From: Utricularia gibba
Taxonomy: Eukaryota > Plantae > Magnoliophyta
DNA: 64,000 nt
Direction: 5' to 3'
Assembly (NCBI GenBank): GCA_002189035.1
Contig: NEEC01000021.1
Coordinates: forward strand, 1,488,001-1,552,000
Positions 12,158 to 25,800 of the stretch are shown in pieces. A program made the position numbers and the translations under genes. The notes beneath the pieces are model-generated. The model saw only the letters and a list, made by a program, of their open reading frames with translations. It made no database searches and was not told the DNA's origin. Position 1 is the stretch's first letter, and each line of letters starts with the position of its first letter.

Positions 12158-14999
12158 CTTCTACCGTGATTTGGGTGTTGAGCAAAAATCAAAGGCGGAA
12201 ACCACTGTTTCACTTCCTTGTAATGACAAATCACGGAGGATAATGAACTTAATAGACAAAAAAGAAAGCCCTACCAAACTCCTCCCTGTTTAAATCAAAA
12301 GTAACAGATTCTGAGGTGCACCAAAGAAGCCAGGTTTTGTAGATACCAAATTCATTAAAAAAAATAAGAAAATCTATTTCCACGTTTACCAAACGAGTCT
12401 AAACCAAAAGAGAATCAAACCAAGAACAAATACCCAGCATCCAGATGATTCACCAATATTCCTCAAGGGTGCACACCTAAAAGTTAAACTTTTAGGCGCA
12501 CGGCCAAATATTCTTACAAAAAGCTTAAGCCTTTCCACAGTAGATCAAAACCCACAACTGTCACACAAAAAGACCCATGAATCAATCATAAGACACCTGA
12601 ATCCCCGCTTTTAGTACACCTTGAGAAACCCAAAGTTTCACAAACAAAAAGGGTGAAGAAGGAAGCAAAAGTAGGATCCTTACCAAGCCGCGTGGGAAGA
12701 AAGTCAGTCAAGGCGTTTCAGAAACAAAGAAAAAGTTGGAAAGAAGGTGAGTCCAAACAGTAAGAAGAAACAGAAATAAATGCGTACTAAATCTTAAACA
12801 CGGCGGGTCCAGCTTGTTAAAAACGACCACAAAAAAAGGAAAAAAAGAGAGGAGATTGAGGATGAAAAAACAGAAAGGTGAAAGCTTTCGTCTCTGGCGC
12901 TGACGTTGAAGTCGGAAGAATTCGATAAACTAAACGTGGCGTGCTGCTTCGGCTGGTCCAAATCCATGAACTCATTGGACAATTTAAAAGTAAGAAAAAA
13001 AAATCGATTTTTTTATGTCAACATCAAAAAGAAATAAAAACGGTGAACCGTAGGATCGTCCCTGCTGTAAATCAAAATGATTAAATGGTAGTTTCTTAAA
13101 TTATGACGATCACGGATATCGCCTCGCAAGCCATAGCAGTCATTGACTGTGAAAGCGAGGAGTCTTCCATACCCACTGGGGAATTTTCTCAAACACCTAG
13201 CAGTCAAGACCCAGTCAGCGTATTCTACAAACGCCGAAGACACAGGACAGCCCCATTAGTCCATCACCGAACCGTGGAGCGCCGACAGCGCACCCATTCC
13301 CTGAACTAGTGCACTCCATCGAGGTGGCGTAGGTTGCTCCGTTCACAGTCACGGTTGAAGCTTAATCGGCGGACGGTAGAGGCCTTCCTTCCAACGGCAC
13401 CTCCATGCGAGAACAAGAAGGCGGCATCCCAATTCGGTCCAATAAGTAGCTTTTGGGCCCAGATCTTCTAAATGGGCCTCGTTTCCACCTTTTCTCCGGG
13501 CTGGGCCACCACTACAATGAAATGGATTCAAATTCGCGAAAATTGCAGATACGTCCTCCAATTTAAGGAAAATACGAAACCACCCACAAAGCCTCCACTA
13601 ATACAAGGTGTGTGATCATCACCATCATCACCACCACTTAGCTTAGGATTAGTTGAGAACACTCTAATTTCTCAATTCAAGACCATAAGAATCATAGTTT
13701 CGAATAAACGAAGCCGATAACGCCTCGGGAATTCGAGTAAATTTAGGTGAATCCTTGCTAATAAGATGTTCAAAGGGTCTAATGGGGGAGGAGGCGGCCC
13801 CCTCCATGACCCAGCAATAAAATAAGATGAGAAACAGAGACCCAACCGGAAGCAGTCCCCCCTCCTATTGCCCCCTTCTTCTTCTGACTAGGTTTTTTAG
13901 GACAGTAGATCAACTCCTTTGTCCGCACACCCCTTGATCGTGCGGCTCTGATGTGGCCACGTGGATCCCGGCTACTGGACAGATGGTATTGGAGTTCTGT
14001 TGAATTGGATGGCGCCCCCGCGGTCTCGCAACTGTCAAAGTCGGCGACCAATTGTGTAACTGTAAGTTCAAAATCCATAATAAATAATTTGAATATATAT
14101 ATATATGTATATTTATTTATTTATAATTATTGAATATAAATAATTAGGATCTCGGTTGTATCTATTAGGATGTGTTTTGTTGACAAGATTACATGCATTT
14201 ATATTATAAGATATTCAGTTGATAATTTTAAATATGTTCAAGTTTAATGAGTTTTTTAATTTCATGTGTACTAGTTTATTTAAAATCTATAGAACATCCT
14301 AGCTACTTTGTAACACTGCTAACATTAACACAAGGTTATTTTTCGAAACTAAGCCTTCATGATCAGACTTTCACAAACCAACACAATCTATTCGAAATGA
14401 GATTCGAAATGGTATACTATAAACAGTTAGAATAATCACAATTTTAGAATAATGTACTCTCATATAGGACGTTTTTAAAGGCTAACATAAGAGCATAATT
14501 GGAAACCCAATCTTGATCGTCAGACTACTAGATTTTATATTAACTTTATTTAAACTCAAATAAATTAAATTTTTTATCTTATTCACATCAATCAAACACT
14601 ACCTTATGAATTGTATTATTCAAATCCAATCGATTTTACATTTAGATGTATTTTTCGCTCAATAGTTTATTCATTTTAATGCTATGAATATTCGAGTATA
14701 TATGCTAAATTAGGCATAGGAAAAATACAATAATTATTAAATTAAATTATGCGCATTTTTCTTTTTTCTTATTATATGCATTAAATCCGTGCCCTTACAT
14801 CATGTTGCAACAACTTTGATGGCATTCCCACCAAGTCAAGGCAGGAGGAACACCGTAGCGCCCATGCACCTCGCATGCAGACAATCCCAAAGTCGTTGAT
14901 CACCTCAGATGCATCTATAAACTGCTAAGAACGTCACTCTGGTTCCTGATCCTTGTCTCCTTTTCCCTCGGTTCTTCGCCAGAAACACTAACCACAAGC

Positions 15000-15899
15000 A
15001 TGGTGGAAGGGGAGGCGGCGCCGCCTGTGAAGCAGGAAGTGGTGGTCGAGGCTGCGGTGGTGTCGAAGCTGGAAGTCGTCGCTGAAGAGATCCCGGCGGC
15101 CTGCGACTCCGGCGCTGTAGTTGACAGTATGATCACCATCAAACTGCACTTTCTAGAAGCTTGATACTTTTTCAAAAAGATGCAAAGTCATGTGCTTTTC
15201 ATATCTGGTGCGTCTGTTTCATGGGGCAGAGGCTGGAGAATGCGAACCTGCAAAGTGTACGAGTTCAAAAGCAGCACACGAGAGAGGTGGGAGACTGTCG
15301 GAGCTGCTGTGAATATAAGGAAGAAAAGCCTGTGCCATTCTAACTGTGCTTGAAGGCATAATCCTTGGTGTTTATCTGCAGATGTTGCTCTCGCGAAGCT
15401 TGAAGAAGAGAAGAGGTTGTCATTCATCAAGGCGTGGGAAGAGAGTGAGAAGGCCAAAGTGGACAACAAGTGAGATCAGGATTCCTATGCACAGTCTTCT
15501 TGCTCATCTATTGTCTTGTAATAACCAAGATTGTCTTTAATGAACAAGGGCTCAAAAGAAGATCTGTGAGGTCTGCTCTTGGGAAAACAGGAAGAAAGCA
15601 GCCCTGGAGAGCAAGCTAATCAAGTATGAGGTAAGATTGGATTGAAGTATAGACCCCATAACAGAGTGATAAAAGACTTGAACATAATTTGACTTACAGG
15701 AAGAGCTGGAGAGGAAAAAGGCAGAGTATGAAGAAAAGGTGAAGAACAAAATGGGCCTCATCCACAGGCAAGCTGAGGAGAAGCGAGCCATCGTTGAAGC
15801 CATTCGTGGGGAGAAGATCCTCAGGGCTGAGGAAATGGCAGCCACGTTTCGGGAGATGGGACGCGCTCCCCCAGACGCTGCAGTCTGTTTGGTTGCTAG
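15000..15899 (+). CDS. REM: Group 1 remorin; 5 exons (15000-15126, 15230-15286, 15382-15469, 15549-15630, 15700-15899)
   Basis: DVALAKLEEEKRLSFIKAWEESEKAKVDNK and KNKMGLIHRQAEEKRAIVEA. Adding one C to the run at 15868-15872 gives the remorin-type end GRAPPRRCSLFGC*. As assembled, the ORF runs to 15939. Confidence 0.92.
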
Positions 15900-16049
15900 T
15901 CTGCTTCGTTCCTTCAGAAAATCACAGAGGAGAGGCTGACTTCCTTGTTTTATTGTACAACTCTGATGCTTCCATGGTTTCATTTCTCACGCTTGTGCGG
16001 CTGTCCTTTGGAATCAAGCCAGAATAAGCAAAAGATTACTAATTTGACA

Positions 16050-16210
16050 AGTCTTCTTTATGGGCTCTTCTCCTCCACCACCGGAGCTTCGCTCAAAACC
16101 CGTTTATGTATGTACAGTACAGAAAAAGGGCAGATTTTGATCTCATCAGCAGCAATAAAAAAAACTCCTCTTGCAACACCCATAGCAATCTTCATTCCCC
16201 AGGAGACTTA
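16050..16210 (-). pseudogene. Possible short receptor-like (cytoplasmic) kinase relic
   Basis: One frame reads SWGMKIAMGVARGVFF, similar to the LSWxxRMKIAxGAARGLAFLH segment of Pelle/RLCK kinases. No other kinase subdomain is recognisable. Confidence 0.25.
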
Positions 16211-17351
16211 TATCATATAGGTATGGGAAATCAAGAAGCAAACTTCACTCAAATGAATCTTGATCCTCCATTCCACGGGACCATCAAGATTCTTGTTCTT
16301 CCACTCCACGGGATCACACTCCACAGGATTTTAGGTTCAAAATACAACCTGCTTGCCGATACCAAACAATGGTTCAAGAACTAGATAAGAAGACGGCAAG
16401 GGGTAGCCCCGAAACAAGAGGGAAAAACACAGCGCTCTCCACACTAGGATATGTTATTCCACCATATGAAACTCAGTAAAAACAAGAAACATACTCAAGC
16501 TGCAATTCTTCATCACCGAAGTTTCACGGTAGACCGTCCGATCGGCGAAATCCAAGGTATTCGACGACAATCGCCGGTGTGACCGCCTCCCTGAGTTCGT
16601 AAAGTTCCCTGAAGCCCACTTGCAGTTCTGTGGATCAGAATCATTCACAACACCTTCCTCCTCTCAAACTCAAGTATTGGGCTTATTAACTTCATGGGCT
16701 ACCACCCATTACGGGCCGATCCATTTATACGTCCAGCCCCAAACCCTGAAAAGTCCGTTGGGCCTTTCGTATCGAAGCTCACACAAAATTAAATTTTTTC
16801 GAAACAAAACATTTCCAAAATTTAATCATTTCTTATTACATTTGACCAAAAATTAGAATATGCTTAAGGTCTTTTTAAAAAAAGCTCTTAAAAATATTTT
16901 TTAAAAAATGATTTTATATATTTAAAAAGTAGGTCAATTTTTATCGAAACAAAAGCATATTAACTTCTCAAAAAAATTAAAATGATTTACTGTTCTAATT
17001 CCATATAAAATAGGAATAACGCATGTTTTGTCTGAAAATTGCTTCTAAAAATGCCTTTATTAAAATTAGAACTACATAAAACAGACTCTTAGTGCCATTT
17101 CTTGAAAATCACTTTGGCAATTTCGAGCCATGGAACACAAAGGGAAACACAGAGCAGCCGTCCGTCTCAGCACCTTGCAAAAAGCAGGTGTTTTCTTGCT
17201 GTCAACGTGAGCATTACCAGATTACATGCTAAAGAGATGAAACAGAAGCGGGGATATGCAGCCATGAACTTCAACCGCATTGAAGAGTATTGGCTCCGCT
17301 GACAAGATGGCTACTGCAGCATCAGCAGCAGCAGCAAATGCTGAAGCTCAC

Positions 17352-19755
17352 TCACTGGCAATATATGGCTTGGTCTATATGGGGAGGGATTTGCTTGATC
17401 TCGGTTCCCAGTTCTTGCTCAATCCTGTACCTGCAACAACAGCATGAAAAAGCTGTAACAACCACTGCCGATGAGGCACGGGATGGTGCTAAGGCAGTGT
17501 GTTCGTACAAATTGAAGCGGTCTTCGTAGGTGATGAGATTCACAGCTAGCCCCAGGTGCCCGAACCTCCCAGAACGACCAACCTGACACAGACATGCTCA
17601 TTGCTACCAAATCTGATGTAAATGTTGAGGCTTTAGAATAACAGGAGGCGTGAGGGAGTATACCCTGTGCAAGTATGTTTCTGAATTCCTTGGGAAATCA
17701 AAGTTAATCACGACGTTTACGGCTTGGATGTCTATACCCCTTGTGAACAAGTCTGCATAAGCAAGTGACGAGCAAAGTGTCAAGGTTGCCAAACAAAAAG
17801 GAAGAAAATGGAGACAGGGGGCATGGGGAGCTTACCTGTGCAGACAAGATTCCTGCAGGCTCCATTGCGAAAGTCATGAAAGACTCTGTTGCGGTGATCT
17901 TGAAGCATTTTGGCATGAATGTAGAAGCAAGAATAGCCCAGCTCTGTAATTTTCTTTGCAAGAAGTTCTACTCGGTTCACAGAGTTGCAGAAAATGATTG
18001 ACTGGTTGATTTGGAGCTGAATGGAAGCATCAATAAATCAGCTACCATAGTATATAAAAGATTCAAAAGAAAACCATGGGACCAGGATTTGTTCCTGTGT
18101 AGAAAAGATGCACAGTTAACAATATAGGACCTTTGAAAACAGCGTGTTGAGGCAGTGAACTTTTTGTCTCTCTTCAACGAAAGCATAAAACTGCGTTATA
18201 CCCTTGAGGGTAAGCTCATCCATAAGGTTGATAATGTACGGCTTCCTCAGGAACCTATCTTTAAAATCTTTTACAGTAACGGGAAAAGTAGCAGAAAACA
18301 TGAGGATTTGGCGTTGTGGAGGCAAGAAGCTAATCAACTGCTCAACCGATGGTTGAAACTCTTGCGACAAAAGCTTATCAGCCTGACAGATAACAGACAA
18401 CCGACACATGGTTAATGTGAAAACATTATGATATATACATAATCAGATTTCAATCGGTGTAAGACATACCTCATCCATTACAAGCATCGTGCATTCATTT
18501 AGGAGACAAATCCCTTTTTTGGTGAGGTCAAGAATTCTTCCAGGTGTTCCTACAAGTAAATGAACTGGCTGATACAGACGCATAATGTCATCTCTTAAGC
18601 TTGTTCCGCCCGTAGAAACCATCACTTGAATCTTCAAATGCTTCCCAAGTTCTTTACAAGTTTGGGATGTTTGAAGCGCCAATTCCCTAGTGGGTACTAG
18701 AATGACAACTGCAGGAATGCCCACAAAATTTATTTACACCAAATGTGAAAACAGCATCCTACAATAAATAACTTTCCGGAAGATGCATATGTGAACTAGA
18801 AACAGCAAATAAATTCACATTCTAGCACCCATAGTCAAGGTGACATCTGCTCATTCCCTATTAATAATATCAACAAGGAGCGTAAACAACGGATCACAAA
18901 AATGTTTTCCTATATCCTGTTTCGGCTCTCACTCCCAAAGTGTAGACTAGTAAAACCTATCGACATTGCACTTGATATAAATGGAAAAACTGATGTGCCC
19001 ATGTCCGTACCCTGAATAACATTTTTGTCTTGATCAATTTTCTCCAAAGCAGGAATGCAAAACGCGGCAGTTTTCCCAGTTCCGTTTTTGGCCCGAGCCA
19101 AAATGTCACTCCCAGTGAGAACAATCGGAATGCTCTCTTCTTGAATCGGTGAAGGCCTTTCAAACCCCTTCTCATATATCCCCATTAGCAGCTCACGCTT
19201 CAAAAAGTAGTCTTCGAATTCATTTCCCTTAGTTGCTGTAACATCCTGGAAAAAAGTTCAAAATCACAAAACTTAACTCACGACGACGCTGAAAACATCG
19301 GCAATGTCCGCAGGTCGTCTAACCTCTGTTTTATACCGCGTGTCTGGCTGCGGCAACTTCAACTGCCTTTTCCAGTCATTAGAGCTACTGAGAAAAAAAA
19401 AACTAAAGCTTTACATATATGTAATCAACTCTCGAGAGAAGAAGAGACGTGAAAGAAAATTCCAGGAAACCCAGAAAAAAAAAGAAATTGACCTCGAATC
19501 AACGGCTTCCGACTGCACAGTTTTCTCAACCTCTTCAACAGTGGAATCAGCTGGCGGAAGCTGGTCTCTTCGCAGCCACTGTTGCGTCTGAGGGCCTTGA
19601 AACAATTGATTGTTCTGCACATTTCCCCTCTGAACGTACTGTTGAGAGGAATTTCTCGGTTGAAAACTAGGGTTCGGTGGAGCATTTGAGATGAAACCCC
19701 CACCTCCTCTGCCACCCCCCATTCCCGGCGGCGGATATCTCGCTCTAGAATTCAT
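17352..19755 (-). CDS. RH6/RH8/RH12: DEAD-box RNA helicase of the DDX6/Dhh1 family; multi-exon
   Basis: [12 protein letters not shown]-terminus, [11 protein letters not shown] (Q motif), [44 protein letters not shown], and the C-terminus [22 protein letters not shown]. Confidence 0.97.
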
Positions 19756-22364
19756 CACCTAGCCAATTACTCCCAAAACGCCCAAAATTCACACAAATGG
19801 GGAAAAAGACGCTCCCCAGAGAGAATCACAGCCAAAAAAAAAAAAAACGTGAATCTACATGCAAATTGCACAGGAATGGAGTCCAACCCACTGGATCAGC
19901 AATCTAGCGCAGCAATTTCACAGATTTTCAAAGAAGAAAAGAAGTGCGTCCGCCCAAATCGGTAACTAGGGCACCTCGCTCGCAGTCACTTCGCGGCTCA
20001 TTTTACATTTTATTACAATCAATTTTAACTTGTCTAGAGATACTCGTGAAAAATGATTAACGTTGTTGTTAGAAAAATGGTATTCTTATATAATTTTAAA
20101 TCCGAAAAATAAAAAATAGAAAAATATTTTATATATCGAAATTTCATTATGCAAAATTGAGACCCCTTTGATTAGATTCAAGATGATCCTTAGCTTGAGG
20201 AAAGCAGCCACCTCAATCCAATTCATATAAAGATTGGTCCATGTTCATGATTCATGCTCAAATCGAGCTTGTGTTAAATGGTCGCTCTCCTCGAATATGG
20301 AATTACAATGAATTTACAATCTTGTGAATGTAATAATATTTCGTAGAGAAAAGTGAGGTTGAGCATAACCTTATCCATCAAAATAGTAGCGAGTTGGTCA
20401 AACAATTGTAAGTTCATTTTGAATGATAGAATGTATTTCTTCTTCAATCTTCATTTGTTGAATGATCTAATTTCTTGTGATTATTGAAATTCAAGATTCG
20501 ATAGGTGGAAATAAATCTTAAGTACATAAGAAACGTGAATCATATTAAAAAAAATTAGATTCAACTGATTAATTATGATTTACAATTTATTATATACATA
20601 TTATGTGACTTTTAAATTTCAATATATGATTGTGTATTGTAATAGTGATGAGATTGTTGAAACTACTCTAATTAATTAGAATACCATTGTCATACTTTGT
20701 GTATATTGTGAATATTAAATATTGTAATTTCATCGAAATGGATGAATGGCATCCATTGTCAAATAATTCTAATTTAGATGTGGGCGATTGGAACGATATA
20801 GATATTAGTCACCATGTGCGCATTATTAAACTTAAACCTTAATCCAATCAAATCATTAATGATAATTTTATGATTACATAGAAATAGTCAAAATATTAAA
20901 TTGATTATTTTTGGATTTTACACGTATGTTTGAACACGATAAAGATAATGGGTGTGTTTTATATTACTTGTAATAAATTAACTTATAAGTAGTAGTAACT
21001 ATAAGTTAACTTAAAGTAAAAAATAAATAGTAAATGTTTGTTTTAACTTATTTATAAAAATTATAAGTAAAAGTTAATAGTGTTTGACATAATTTTCAAA
21101 ATTTGTAAATTAAAGTCTAAAATACTCTTATGTTCATTTAAATGCTTTTAATAATATAACTTATATTTATTATTTCCATATAATTATAATAATATCAATA
21201 CAAATCTTATTCAATCATAATAACATACAAACTCATCACAAAACCTCAACCAAAGATCCGCAAGAGAAATATTCCAATGAAGTAAAATTTATTTCATTTA
21301 TATTTCAATATAAAGGCATATAAATAATTTTACAGAATTTTTTTTATTTAAGTTACAATTAACTAACTATATATATATATATTTTAAATATTACTTATAA
21401 ATAATTTATAAATCATAATTTATAAATTAAAAAAAAACAATCATTTAATAAGTTGACTACTTATAATTTGATTAAGTTATTCCCCAATATCGAGCGAGCG
21501 CGTACACACTATTAAACTTCAACCTTACTCGGCAAGCAAACGTTTGGGGCCAGCGCGTGTTTACTTGGTCGCGCGGTCCCAACTCCCACGTCACGTTGAC
21601 CTGGTCGTGAGCCATGGAGCCTTTTTTACGCGGTGCGGATGACTTGACTGGCCGGGGACCGTCACATCCACAACTACCCTAATCCTTCCAAAGGGAAGAA
21701 AATAGATTAATTAGGCTTAAAGATATAAGCTATATTGTGTTGAAATGAAGAAGTCGAGATTATGCGAGTTTTTTTTAATTTTTATATATATTAATTTATT
21801 TATAATCATATCATTACGTTAATTTATTTAATATTAATTATAATATCAGTAATAAAAAAAATATCTAAAAAAATTACTATCTTTATATTATTTTTATTTA
21901 GATCAATTAAATGAAAATCATTTTATCTCACTCCCATCAATCAAATACGTTTTAAGTATTTTTAATTTTCATATTCTTATGGAATTATTTTCAAATTCAA
22001 TTGAAATTAATATTATTGGTATTAAAATAAATAATATCATATCAATATTTAAAAACAAAATATTCAAATCTATAATAAATTACAAATCAATTATATATAA
22101 TATTTTCTAATATAATCTACGTTTATCATGCATTTAAAGTTAATGTATATTTATTATATTCTTAATTTAAACAATTATATGTGATTTAAAATAATTGATT
22201 GTTGGTAGTACTCATGATAAACTCATCAGTCATCACTAGATAGATGTTTCTAGAATGAGTGAAATGAGCACATTCCATGCGAATTGGTTATTAAATACGT
22301 GATGCCTCGCCTGGGGGATGAAAATCTTCATCTTCTCCGGCTCCGAGATGTCAAGGGAGGAAAC

Positions 22365-22812
22365 TAAAAGTATTTTTGGCTGCTTGATTTTGTTGGAGAC
22401 TTGGTTGAACGTTGAGAGAATGTTGAAGTTTGTGGATATTGACTATTGTTTTTGGATCGAAAAGAACTTTTTTTTTTTTTTTCATAAAGCAAACAGGGAT
22501 TTATATAGATGAGGAGAGTTGCCCGTTGGATCATATCAGGCCTAAAATATGACCGTTGCCTTTAGTCTGTAGATTAGTCCTCTTGTTCATCTACTGTGTA
22601 GCAGCCAGAATTTACTAGGACTTCTTTCATGGACTGGGCTTCAGATGCTTCTTCTTGGGCCAGTAGTTTGGAATGTTGAGGCCCAAGTATGATAAGGCCT
22701 TTTTCCCAATCTAATTGAGGGTTGCTTCTCATGGGAGGAACAGAGGTCGCGCGCCATTCATCTTCGCGGGTTGAGACTTCCCGGATCTTCGTTGCTCCAC
22801 CACTTGCTGACA
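22365..22812 (-). repeat. 3' LTR (448 bp), TG...TA
   Basis: Matches 27488-27934 except two T/C substitutions and a 1-nt length difference in the poly-T tract. TATA-like CTATATAAAT on the minus strand at 22499-22508. Confidence 0.97.
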
Positions 22813-25800
22813 TTCCTCCCTGAGGGAGTAATGAAGATCCGGCTGTTGTCACAAGAGGATTTCTCCGAATTCCCAGCATTTCTCTGATTCTGTTGAAATT
22901 CCTTGGGAATAAGCATTTGGTGAGAATATCTGCAGGTTGCTCATCCGATGGTAAGTACTCAAGTTTAATCAGTCCTTCCTTCACATAATCTCTGAGTATA
23001 TGGTATTTAAGCTTGATGTGCTTGGTCCGACCGAACATCACAGGATTTTTTGCGATGCTAATGGCAGATTTGTTATCTATCTTGAGTATTATCGGTCTTG
23101 TAATTTGAATTTTCAGGTCATCGCATAATTTCACCAACCATTGCGCATGGTTGGCAGCAGCAGCTCCTGCGATGTATTCGGCTTCTGCCGATGATTGTGC
23201 AGTGACGGCTTGTTTCTTGCTGTTCCATGAAAATACCGCTGATCCTAAGTTGAATAGATAGCCTGTGGTAGATTTACAATCTTGTTCGTCGCCAGCAAAG
23301 TCTGAATCAACAAATCCCTGCAAAATAGGGTTAGTACCTTTCTTGTAATATAAACCAAAGGAAGTTGTGGCCTTCAAATATTTCAGGATACGTGTTGCTA
23401 TTTCCAGGTGTGTGTTGTGTGGCTGATGCATGAATCTGGCCAGAAATGATACGGCGAAGGTTATATCCGGTCTAGTAGCAGTTAAATACATCAGAGCGCC
23501 AATGAGTTTCTGGTAGTTATGAGAGTCAACTGGATGAGAATTAAGGTCAGATAATTTCTTTCTAACTTCTGGTGAGAAAGGAGTAGTAGATACTTTTGAT
23601 GATTCCATGCTGTATTTTTTGAGTAGTTCCTCTGTATATCTACGTTGGTTCAAAAATATGAAGTCTTTATGTTGAATGATCTCCATTCCTAGGAAATAAC
23701 GTGCATGTCCCAGATTGGTGAGTTCAAATCTTTGCTGCAATAGCTTCTGTAATTCAGAAATTCGTTCTTCACTGCTGCCTGTGATTAGAATGTCGTCTAC
23801 GTATAAGGAGACAATAACTTTTCCTTGGATATCCTCAGATATGTATAATGTAGTATCATTTTGACTTCTTGTATATCCCAGCTCTAGAAAGAAAGTGTCA
23901 ATGGTAGTATACCATTCTTTGGGGGCCTGCTTGAGTCCGTATAAAGCTTTATTTAATTTCAGTACATATTCTGGATTATCTCGGATGATGAAACCTGGAG
24001 GGGGGTTCACATATATGTCTTCGCTTAACTCTCCATGCAGAAAGGCCGTTTTTATGTCCAGATGATGTAAATACCACTTGTTGCAGGCCGCAAGTGCAAT
24101 AATCAGCTTAATGGTGTCTAATCTTGCCACCGGAGCGAAGGTTTCCAGGTAATCAATCCCTTCTTTCTGTAAATATCCCTTTACCACCAGTCTGGATTTT
24201 CTTTTGTTCAGAGTGCCATCAGGATTTAACTTGGGACGGAATATGAATTTTAGGTCCAGAGGTTTTTTCTGCTTCGGCTTAGGCACTGCTGTCCAAACGC
24301 CGTGTTTCTGGATGGAGTTGAATTCTTCGTCTATGGATTTCTTCCAATCTGGGTCAGCGAGAGCTTCCTGAACGCTTGCTGGTTCATAGGTGCTCAATGC
24401 CCTATCATAGATATCGTTGATTGGTGCATATCCTCGCACAGGTGAGCTGTCTTCATTTTGTTTCAGATCCATACATAGATGATGTGGGGTGTAAGGAACC
24501 CCTTCTTGTCCGTAATCTTCCAGGTAACTTTGCCTTTGAGGTGAGGGAATGAGTATAGGATTTCTTGCTGCTAGGTTGGGTCCTCGGTTTTGAGTTTCTT
24601 CATCTTCTCCTGATCAGTTTTCTTCTTCTGATGTATCGGTTGATGATAGCTCAGTGATTTCCTTTGGATTTCTGATGCTGTTGATGAGGGTTTCATGACA
24701 TTCTAGAGTTTGTTCAGGTATGTGCTCTGAGTCTGCATCCTCATATCTCATGTCTTCGATAGTAGTGGCCAAGGAGCCTTCTGGAAACTGTTGGGTATTA
24801 ACAGGATCTTTGTTGTACAGGGGCTTTCGGGCTCAATTGTTCTCGGAACATCAGGACTAGGTGGTGGCAAATTTTCGCTATTAGAGACTTCTAGGATGTC
24901 TGTCGTTGACACCGAGTGTCCTCTTAAATCTGTTGAGTTTGAGGCTCGATCATTTGAGTTTGTGATTTGATCTTCTAGGGTTGCTTGGACCCTTAACATA
25001 TTTGTTCCTGAGGCTGTCATTTCTTGTTGAATAGAGTCTTGACTAGGACTGTTCCTCGCTGGGTGGATGCTGAGGGGTTCGGTTGTTGCATCATGTCCTT
25101 GTTGAGGGAATAAATTCCATATATTTTCTGAATAAGAATGATTTTTGTCATGTGTTGTCGAGGAACTCCAGTTGTAAATTCTAGTCTCGTCTACTGTTAC
25201 ATCACGACTGAGTTCCACCTCATTTGTTCTTAGATTCAGTACCCTGTAGGCTTTACTTGTATTGCTATATCCCAGGAAAATTCCTTCATCGGATCTTTTG
25301 TCCCATTTTGATCTCTTCTCCTTTGGAATGTATATATAGCAGGGTGATCCAAATACCTTCATGTGATCTAGGCTTGGAATTTTGTTGTACCATAGCTCAT
25401 AAGGAGTTTTACAGTCTTTATTTCCTTTGGTTGGCAGGCGGTTCAACAGATACACGGCTGTGTTGACTGCTTCGCCCAGAATTCCAGAGGTAAGTGTTTT
25501 TGATAGAGTAGACACCGAGCCATATTGACTATTGTCCTGTTCTTTCGTTCACATATGCCGTTCTGCTCTGGCGTATATGGCGTTGTAAACTGGTGAGTAA
25601 TACCATTTGTCTCACAAATGTGTCTCAGTTCAGTTGATTTGTACTCACCTCCGTTGTCTGACCGGAGTGTTAGAATCTTACTATTGCTTTGAGTTTCTGC
25701 AAGGACCTTGAAGACTTGGAAGTGGTGCAAAACCTCTGATTTATGCTTCAGGAGATAGATCCAGGTATACTTTGAATATTCGTCAATAAAGATCACGTAA

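Noticed and set aside
13013-14133. ORFs of 60-99 aa upstream of MCTP
   Set aside because: No recognisable domain or splice pattern. The region contains a G-box (ccacgtgg near 13956) and looks like promoter DNA.
16254-16291. 10-bp inverted repeat gaatcttgat / atcaagattc resembling half of miR172 and its star strand
   Set aside because: The arms are in the opposite order to a miR172 precursor, the match is only 10-12 nt, and the stem is far too short.
20949-21490. Possible Tourist/PIF-like MITE in the AT-rich intergenic region
   Set aside because: Only an ~11-nt inverted match (actacttataa) and no clear TSD; not supportable without a repeat library.
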